IMG/VR virus record: IMGVR_UViG_3300020042_012365
Location: 1-54,927 of that record
Reading direction: 5' to 3' (one strand)
Source of the DNA: a virus
Lineage: Duplodnaviria; Caudoviricetes
DNA length: 54,927 nt
Part shown: piece by piece, positions 48,968 through 54,927 of the stretch
Numbering within the stretch: position 1 is the first letter of the stretch
Layout of the letters: every line of letters starts with the position of its first letter
Position numbers and translations under genes: made by a program
Notes under the pieces: generated by a model
The model's input: the letters and a program-made list of their open reading frames with translations, nothing else
What the model was told of the DNA's origin: nothing
Database searches by the model: none

Positions 48968-49273
48968 ATGAAAAAAATAATATTATCGTTATCGTGTTTT
49001 ATTTCACTTAATGCTATTTCTCAATCGTATAAAATAGTACAAAATGAAGTAACAGCTAAGTACAGAATTTATATTACAAAAAATAAATCTGAAGCAAACA
49101 TATTAGGGTATCAAGTTAATTCATATGTTGAAGTACTTAAACCTGGATTAATTTATTTTGCTCCTATGTATTTTAATAAGGCAACACCTGTCTATAAGGT
49201 AAATAGTGTTGATAAAGCGGATTTGGTTATATTTTGGGTAAGTAAAAAAGAAGATGCTAAATGGATTAAATGA
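48968..49273 (+). CDS. Secreted protein with short internal repeats
   Basis: Signal peptide ending AIS-Q; repeated A...I..V...S.A units. Confidence 0.6.
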   Translation: MKKIILSLSCFISLNAISQSYKIVQNEVTAKYRIYITKNKSEANILGYQVNSYVEVLKPGLIYFAPMYFNKATPVYKVNSVDKADLVIFWVSKKEDAKWIK

Positions 49274-49307
49274 AGGAATAAGAGATTAAAAAAAGAGTTC
49301 GTATATT
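49273..49307 (+). promoter_or_regulatory. Promoter AAGGAATA...TTCGTATATT
   Basis: Exact motif at 49298. Confidence 0.7.
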
Positions 49308-49344
49308 ATAGTATAAATAAATAATTAAAAAAAGGAAAAAAGTT

Positions 49345-50151
49345 ATGAAAATTCAAAAAAGAGAAGTAAAAATGGAACGTAGAGGCCGCCCAAAAAAACA
49401 AGTTGAAATTGTATCATTCAATTCAGCAAACGTAAAATTATTTAGAGGAAGTGATTTATCATTTAATGATTCATTGTTTGTTCCTTTAAAAACGAATACT
49501 GAAATAGATTTAATACTATCTACAGATGGAGGACTAATGCCAGGTATAAGCATGATGATTGCAGGAGGACCAGGCTCAGGTAAATCAACGTTAGTATTAG
49601 ATATGTTATCTAAATTTACAATGCAAGGTTTAAAATGTTTGTTAGTACAAGGTGAAATGGATCAAATAGGCCATTACAAATATTGTCGAAGAATGCCTTC
49701 ATTTGGTTGTATTCAAACATTGTTTTTAAAAGATCATATGGATGATATCAAAGAAACAGTTGAACATGTATTTAATTTAGGATACGATGTAATAGGAATT
49801 GATTCAATTGCAGAGATTTTAGATATGTATAAAGATCAAAACGGAGGAACATCAAAACAAGCCGAATCGTGGTTTTTGAAGTTACAAGATGAAACGAAAA
49901 AAGGTAATAACGCACAAGGATATTATACATCATTCATTAATATTCAACAAATGACTAAATCTGATGAATTTGCAGGATCAAACCGATTGAAACACATGAT
50001 GGAAGCATTTTGTAAAGTTGAACGAAGTAAAGATGGTTTAGAGCGAACATTACATTTTGAAAAAAATAGAGATTGCGATAAGGACTTTAAAATATTCTTT
50101 TCAATTTATAAAGACGGAGTACATTATGCATTTAATCAAAATGAAGAATAA
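49345..50151 (+). CDS. RecA-superfamily (RadA/Sms-like) ATPase with N-terminal AT-hook-like motif
   Basis: GGPGSGKS, GEM, IDSI, QMTK...FAG...LKH, KNR; RRGRPKK. Confidence 0.75.
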   Translation: MKIQKREVKMERRGRPKKQVEIVSFNSANVKLFRGSDLSFNDSLFVPLKTNTEIDLILSTDGGLMPGISMMIAGGPGSGKSTLVLDMLSKFTMQGLKCLLVQGEMDQIGHYKYCRRMPSFGCIQTLFLKDHMDDIKETVEHVFNLGYDVIGIDSIAEILDMYKDQNGGTSKQAESWFLKLQDETKKGNNAQGYYTSFINIQQMTKSDEFAGSNRLKHMMEAFCKVERSKDGLERTLHFEKNRDCDKDFKIFFSIYKDGVHYAFNQNEE

Positions 50152-50153
50152 TA

Positions 50154-50188
50154 AAGGAATAGGGAGAGCAATTTCCCTTTCGTATATT
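50154..50188 (+). promoter_or_regulatory. Promoter AAGGAATA...TTCGTATATT with AGGGA/TCCCT inverted repeat
   Basis: Exact motif at 50179. Confidence 0.7.
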
Positions 50189-50212
50189 TAATCAAATTAA
50201 AGAGGGAAAACT

Positions 50213-50332
50213 ATGAGCTGTTCAGGAGGAAAATCAACTAAAAAAGGTCGTTACAGTAAAACAGATAATTTAAAAAAACCAACGGAATATACTGTTGATA
50301 AAAAAGGAAATGTTAAACCAAAATATAAATAA
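50213..50332 (+). CDS. 39-aa basic peptide, not in ORF track
   Basis: MSCSGGKSTKKGRY... directly after the promoter. Confidence 0.45.
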   Translation: MSCSGGKSTKKGRYSKTDNLKKPTEYTVDKKGNVKPKYK

Positions 50333-50340
50333 TAAAAACT

Positions 50341-51087
50341 ATGAAAAACAAATTTATTCAAGTCAATAATGACTTAACTAAAGCGATTGCATTTGCTAAT
50401 TCGCTAGACAACAACAACATAATTAACGTTCAAAAAATTAAACAAAAGGAATTTTATATTCCTACGTTAGATGTAATTACAAAACTACAAGATGAAGGAT
50501 GGCATTTAAAAGGAGTTGCTGAACAACGAGGTAAAAATCGTAAAATATCAAGCAACTATATTCAAATGCAACATCCCGATTTTGCAGTACAAAATAAACA
50601 CGGTAAAAACGAAGCGTTTACTTCAATTACATTATCAAATAGTAGTAACGGAGCTCAACCATTACAAATGAGTTTAGGTATGTTCCGTCAAATATGTAGT
50701 AATGGAGCAGTTACATTTGATCAACATGCTGAATCGCAAAATATTAAACATACTGAAATTAATTATAGAGATTTAGATCGTTTTGTTAATACAATGAATA
50801 ATAAAGCAAGTAAATTGTTAACTGAAGTAAATGAAATGAAACATAGAGGATTATCAATTGAAGATATAAGAAAGTTAGCTCGCGAAGCAGCTAGTTTAAG
50901 ATATAATAATTTAGATGAAATAAATATTGATGATTTATTTGCAGTTAATAGAGTAGAGGATGAAAGCAATGATTTATGGACTGTATTTAATAGAATTCAG
51001 GAAAATCTAACGCATGATATTACAAACATGAAGGAAGATATCAGATTGAATCAACAACTATTTGCATTAGCAGGAACATTTTCTTAA
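50341..51087 (+). CDS. DUF932-family protein
   Basis: IPT..VI..L...GW, L.NS.NG, G.FR..C.NG, H, DLW.VFN..QE. Confidence 0.75.
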   Translation: MKNKFIQVNNDLTKAIAFANSLDNNNIINVQKIKQKEFYIPTLDVITKLQDEGWHLKGVAEQRGKNRKISSNYIQMQHPDFAVQNKHGKNEAFTSITLSNSSNGAQPLQMSLGMFRQICSNGAVTFDQHAESQNIKHTEINYRDLDRFVNTMNNKASKLLTEVNEMKHRGLSIEDIRKLAREAASLRYNNLDEINIDDLFAVNRVEDESNDLWTVFNRIQENLTHDITNMKEDIRLNQQLFALAGTFS

Positions 51088-51120
51088 GGAATATTTTAAG
51101 TAAGAAAGTTTTCGTATATT
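51086..51120 (+). promoter_or_regulatory. Promoter AAGGAATA...TTCGTATATT
   Basis: Exact motif at 51111. Confidence 0.7.
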
Positions 51121-51141
51121 AAATTATATAAAAAGAGAAAT

Positions 51142-51327
51142 ATGAAATTGCATCCACTTATACAAGAAAGTCGGTTACCACAATACACTAAAGAAATCCT
51201 CCAAGAAATATTGGAGGAGGATTTCAATAGTGATTTTGATTTATTTTTAAAGGACATGGAAAAACATGCCGTTGAAGAAGAAGAATATGAATTAGCAGGA
51301 GAAATTAGAGATTACTTAAAAAAATAA
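51142..51327 (+). CDS. Small UVR-domain protein
   Basis: AVEEEEYELAGEIRD. Confidence 0.65.
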   Translation: MKLHPLIQESRLPQYTKEILQEILEEDFNSDFDLFLKDMEKHAVEEEEYELAGEIRDYLKK

Positions 51328-51329
51328 AA

Positions 51330-51593
51330 ATGACAGAAAGAGAAATACAATTACTCGGTTTTGAACGAGAAGATATGAATGATGGAGATTATTCTGGGTA
51401 TTATTATGCCTATAGAATAGCAAATGGATTTGAATTCCTATCAAATGCAAACGATGAAATAGGAGAAGGTGAACAATGGTTTGTTGAATTCTTCAATTCA
51501 GACCCACAAATCTTATTTTATGAATTTGGTGAAGTGCAAGCATTGATTAATTTGATTGAAAAAAGAGTAGTAAAAAGGGAAGAGAAAGTATAA
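51330..51593 (+). CDS. Hypothetical protein
   Basis: ORF track. Confidence 0.6.
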   Translation: MTEREIQLLGFEREDMNDGDYSGYYYAYRIANGFEFLSNANDEIGEGEQWFVEFFNSDPQILFYEFGEVQALINLIEKRVVKREEKV

Positions 51594-51600
51594 AATATCT

Positions 51601-51610
51601 TTCGTATATT
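51601..51610 (+). promoter_or_regulatory. Promoter core TTCGTATATT
   Basis: Exact motif. Confidence 0.7.
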
Positions 51611-51638
51611 GAAGTAAATAAAAGAAAAAATAAAAGTT

Positions 51639-51974
51639 ATGGCTAAGAAAGAGAAAAATGTGATTGAAAGAAAGTTTATGAATATCAAAACGAAGTTCAA
51701 AGAGGGTGATTATGATATAGTGGAAATGGATGGTTTAACTAGTGATTTGATCGCCCATTTATCTCAACTAACATTAAACGGGGTAACTGATGTTGAAGGT
51801 ATACCAATTGATCTATACAAAGATAGAACATGGTGGATTGTAGAAAACATTGGACTATTACCTGAATATAGAGGGCCTAAGGATGAAGATGAAGAGGGTG
51901 AAATTGTAGATGATTACTACTCAGATGATGATGATGTAGAAGTTGAAATAGATGATAGTAAATTTTATCAATAA
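51639..51974 (+). CDS. Hypothetical protein with acidic C-terminus
   Basis: AAAAGTT-ATG start. Confidence 0.6.
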   Translation: MAKKEKNVIERKFMNIKTKFKEGDYDIVEMDGLTSDLIAHLSQLTLNGVTDVEGIPIDLYKDRTWWIVENIGLLPEYRGPKDEDEEGEIVDDYYSDDDDVEVEIDDSKFYQ

Positions 51975-52324
51975 TGGTTAATGTAAGTAATATAGTAATA
52001 GGAATATTTTTTGGAATTTTAGCTCAAGTAGCTACATTCTACCAATTACAAGGTCCTATGAAATATGAATGGTTTAAAAATCATTATTGGCTAACAGTAA
52101 TGATGGGAATACCTATTTCAATGTTATTTATGTTTTCAGTAAAAAATATGATTATAGCGTTTGATGGGCAAATGTGGCCATCGCGTTTAATTGGATTTGG
52201 AATTGGAGCTATGGTATTTACTTATATGAGTTGGTCATTATTTAATGAACCATTAACATTAAAAACATTAATTTGTTTAATATTAGCATTTGGAATATTA
52301 ATAGTGCAACTATTTTTAAAATAA
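51974..52324 (+). CDS. Four-TM membrane protein (EamA/SMR-like)
   Basis: Four hydrophobic segments, F.EPLT.K motif. Confidence 0.6.
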   Translation: MVNVSNIVIGIFFGILAQVATFYQLQGPMKYEWFKNHYWLTVMMGIPISMLFMFSVKNMIIAFDGQMWPSRLIGFGIGAMVFTYMSWSLFNEPLTLKTLICLILAFGILIVQLFLK

Positions 52325-52351
52325 ATAAAATAAAAGAAAAAATTAAAAAAA

Positions 52352-52381
52352 TTAGGAGACCTGAAAAAGTTTTCGTATATT
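52352..52381 (+). promoter_or_regulatory. Promoter TTAGG...TTCGTATATT
   Basis: Exact motif at 52372. Confidence 0.7.
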
Positions 52382-52432
52382 ATAGTATAAGAAAAAGGAT
52401 AAATAAATTATTAATTAAAAAAAAGAAAAGTT

Positions 52433-53245
52433 ATGTTAGATTTAAGCAATCAAGAGTTTTTAAGTACAGGAGAAATTAAGCAACGCGCTTCATCAATCTT
52501 CTCAACAACTGCAGCACCTACGGTGTCTGACAAGTTCACGCACATTCCAACGTTTAAAGTAATTGAGGATATGGCAAAATTAGGATGGAATGTAGTAGAT
52601 GCCAAGGAAGTTAAGGCACGTAAAGAGGGAACACGTGGTTTCCAAAAACACCTAGTAGTATTTCGTAGCAACGATGTAGTAATTAATGGAGCAGACGGAG
52701 ATACAGTGTTTCCACAAATCCTATTAACAAATTCCAATGACGGAAAAAATGCATTTACATTTACTGCCGGTTTATTTAGAATGGTATGTGAAAATGGATT
52801 AGTTATTTCAACTGAACAGTTCAATGATGTGAAAATGCGTCACATGGGATACACGTTTGAGGAATTGCAAGGACAAATCAAAGAGATGGTTGAATTGTTA
52901 CCATTAACTGTTGAGTCAATGAATAAAATGAAAGAAATTCAATTAAGCGAAGATCAAACAAAAGCATTAGCTAAAAAAGCATTATCAACACGTTTCACAG
53001 ATGAACAAGTTGAAGCATTTAAAATTGATATTGATAAATTGCTAGAGCCAACACGACCTGAAGATAAAGGAAGTGATTTATGGTCAGTATTCAACGTAAT
53101 ACAAGAAAAAATATTAGATGGTGATTTCACATATGTAACAGGTGCTAAATCAAGAAAAGCACGTAAAGTGAAGAATTTCAAACAAGACATGGAAATTAAC
53201 CAAAAATTATTTGCAATGGCCGCTGAATATACAGTTGCGGCATAA
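52433..53245 (+). CDS. DUF932-family protein (paralogue of 50341)
   Basis: HIPT..VI, QKH...FR, NSNDG, GLFRMVCENG, DLWSVFNVIQE. Confidence 0.8.
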   Translation: MLDLSNQEFLSTGEIKQRASSIFSTTAAPTVSDKFTHIPTFKVIEDMAKLGWNVVDAKEVKARKEGTRGFQKHLVVFRSNDVVINGADGDTVFPQILLTNSNDGKNAFTFTAGLFRMVCENGLVISTEQFNDVKMRHMGYTFEELQGQIKEMVELLPLTVESMNKMKEIQLSEDQTKALAKKALSTRFTDEQVEAFKIDIDKLLEPTRPEDKGSDLWSVFNVIQEKILDGDFTYVTGAKSRKARKVKNFKQDMEINQKLFAMAAEYTVAA

Positions 53246-53336
53246 GCAACAAAAAAGTAGATGACCATGAAATGAAACCAAATAAACTAAAAGCGCCCAC
53301 AGTGGTACATGGATCAGGCGCTTTATCTACTCCGGC

Positions 53337-53410
53337 AGTCAGGTGTACTTAATTGGTAAAAGTACCTAACGATTAATTAGGAGATGCAGGTTCGATTCCT
53401 GTCCTGACTA
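53337..53410 (+). tRNA. Atypical tRNA-like RNA (loop CGATTAA, nominal anticodon ATT)
   Basis: AGTCAGG/CCTGACT acceptor, TACT/AGTA D stem with TGG, CCTAA/TTAGG, GCAGG-TTCGATT-CCTGT. Confidence 0.65.
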
Positions 53411-53438
53411 CACAACTGCTTCATAACCAGTTCTTTTA

Positions 53439-53469
53439 CCCCACCTGATGTAATGTTGGGTGGGTTTTT
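53439..53469 (+). terminator. Intrinsic terminator
   Basis: CCCACC...GGTGGG followed by TTTTT. Confidence 0.65.
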
Positions 53470-53475
53470 CAAATA

Positions 53476-53510
53476 AAGGAATAGTTAAAGCAAAAGAAAT
53501 TTCGTATATT
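53476..53510 (+). promoter_or_regulatory. Promoter AAGGAATA...TTCGTATATT
   Basis: Exact motif at 53501. Confidence 0.7.
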
Positions 53511-53541
53511 GTAGTATAAATAAGAAAATAAAAAGGAAGTT

Positions 53542-54291
53542 ATGAAAGAAACAGAAAACATTAAAGACCCAAATCAATTAGACCTATTCGCAGGTATAGT
53601 ATTAACTACAGCACAACAAAAACAAGTTGATCACTATATTGATTCAGTAGACAAAAGTACTAATTATCAAAGAAACAATGTACAACAGATTGAACAATTA
53701 CTTATTGAAACAGGCTTCAAAGGAGGAATTGATTTTGAAAACACATTCAAATCATCTTTAGAAACAAGAACTGTCAGCATTGGATGGGGAAATGATAAGT
53801 TTGAAACAGAAATTACAACTTTCTTTAGTTCAGGTGATATTAATTTGTTAGGGTTATGTTTTAACACATATGATAAAAAGATAGAAAAAAGGAAATTTGG
53901 TGTAGATATAAGTAATGGTAAATTACAATCATCAACAACTATTCAAGGCCAATACCGTTTCATTAAACCTAAAACATTACTTGAAAAACTAAAATTATCA
54001 AATGAAAGAGCAAAACAACAATTAGAAGACTATAAAAAGGAAAAAAGCTTAAAACTAAGCGTAGTTGAAAAATATACAAAACTATATCCAAACTCTACAG
54101 TAACTGTTAAAGATGATTGGTCAAAATATAGTGGTAGATTTGAAGTGATTGAAGTTAAATTTGAATCAGGTAGTTTTATTCAGTTTCGATTAGATACTTA
54201 CAAAAATGTAGAATTTCTACATAAGAAACATGATGAGGTATATGATCGATTAAATTCAGATGAATTATTAGAAAAATTTTCGAAACAGTAA
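53542..54291 (+). CDS. Hypothetical protein with N-terminal QLDLF motif
   Basis: ORF track; QLDLF matches the bacterial beta-clamp-binding consensus QL[SD]LF. Confidence 0.65.
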   Translation: MKETENIKDPNQLDLFAGIVLTTAQQKQVDHYIDSVDKSTNYQRNNVQQIEQLLIETGFKGGIDFENTFKSSLETRTVSIGWGNDKFETEITTFFSSGDINLLGLCFNTYDKKIEKRKFGVDISNGKLQSSTTIQGQYRFIKPKTLLEKLKLSNERAKQQLEDYKKEKSLKLSVVEKYTKLYPNSTVTVKDDWSKYSGRFEVIEVKFESGSFIQFRLDTYKNVEFLHKKHDEVYDRLNSDELLEKFSKQ

Positions 54292-54293
54292 AA

Positions 54294-54328
54294 AAGGAAG
54301 TCCTTAAGTAAAAGGGCTTTCGTATATT
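54294..54328 (+). promoter_or_regulatory. Promoter AAGGAA...TTCGTATATT
   Basis: Exact motif at 54319. Confidence 0.7.
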
Positions 54329-54352
54329 GTAGTATAAATAAAAAAAGAAGTT

Positions 54353-54547
54353 ATGAAAGAAAATAGATTATCAAACAACAATTATGGAGTATTTTGTATT
54401 GCCGCTCAATTAGAACAAAACAATAGAGAATTAGATGTTTTGTGGGACAAAGCACTTAAACTGTATGATGAATTTCGAAATAGTAAATTCAATAATCCCA
54501 AAGAATCGGAATTAGAATGTATCAATGAATTTCTAAATAAAAAATAA
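54353..54547 (+). CDS. Hypothetical protein
   Basis: GAAGTT-ATG start after the promoter. Confidence 0.55.
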   Translation: MKENRLSNNNYGVFCIAAQLEQNNRELDVLWDKALKLYDEFRNSKFNNPKESELECINEFLNKK

Positions 54548-54661
54548 AATGGAGGAAATAAAAGAATATCTAAAAGAATTAACAGATGAAGGTATAATTC
54601 ACTCTGATGTAAGGGATAATATTATTTTTTTAATAAAAACACATATCCTAAAGGAAAAGTT

Positions 54662-54835
54662 ATGACAGAATTTAAAGAAAACAACCCAGAACAATTAAAA
54701 GCATTTTTAGAAAAGTTAAATCATTTAGTAGATGAATTCCACCCAAACATTTATTTGTTAAAGGGTGTATTTAGAGGAGTTCAAACCATTGAAATTGCTA
54801 TTTTAGATGAATTAAATAAGGACAAAGAAATTTAA
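54662..54835 (+). CDS. Hypothetical protein (57 aa), not in ORF track
   Basis: AAAAGTT-ATG start; translated by hand. Confidence 0.5.
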   Translation: MTEFKENNPEQLKAFLEKLNHLVDEFHPNIYLLKGVFRGVQTIEIAILDELNKDKEI

Positions 54836-54842
54836 AAAAGAT

Positions 54843-54852
54843 TTCGTATATT
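54843..54852 (+). promoter_or_regulatory. Promoter core TTCGTATATT
   Basis: Exact motif; precedes an ORF starting at 54877 that runs off the window. Confidence 0.7.
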
Positions 54853-54927
54853 AATCGTATAAAAAGAAAAAAAGTTATGAAAAAAAAGAATTTATTTCAA
54901 GCAGTAAAAACGTTTGTCAATAACACA

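Noticed and set aside
52273-52479. Plus-strand 68-aa ORF
   Set aside because: Spans an A-rich intergenic promoter region and overlaps both neighbours, with a weak start

Overview
AT-rich window whose supportable genes all lie densely packed on the + strand. It looks like part of a large (jumbo-like) tailed dsDNA phage, probably infecting a Bacteroidota host. That host call is an inference from the absence of Shine-Dalgarno sites, A-rich AAAAGTT-ATG starts, signal peptides followed by Gln and a lipoprotein. Contents in order: (i) a lytic transglycosylase; (ii) a 7-deazaguanine pathway (TGT/DpdA-like, QueC, QueD, QueE, FolE), interrupted by a 1971-aa fibre with about 100 14-aa repeats and a sulfation cassette (sulfotransferase, APS kinase, small HxGH nucleotidyltransferase, DUF2061-like protein); (iii) a T4-like replication set (PolB, sliding clamp, clamp loader) with GroES/GroEL; (iv) acidic proteins sharing a terminal ...AGII peptide tag; (v) a 13-kb glycosylation cluster; (vi) a promoter-dense region of small genes with tRNA-Glu, tRNA-Trp and an atypical tRNA-like RNA. 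The most notable signals are the movable R-x-Q-x-L/R-AGII tag (candidate head-targeting signal), a candidate minimal PAPS/sulfation system, hairpins built into promoter spacers, a multi-hairpin ncRNA candidate, an inverted repeat enclosing one gene after tRNA-Trp, and a tRNA-like RNA with a non-canonical anticodon loop. All calls come from reading motifs by eye; no database searches were run.
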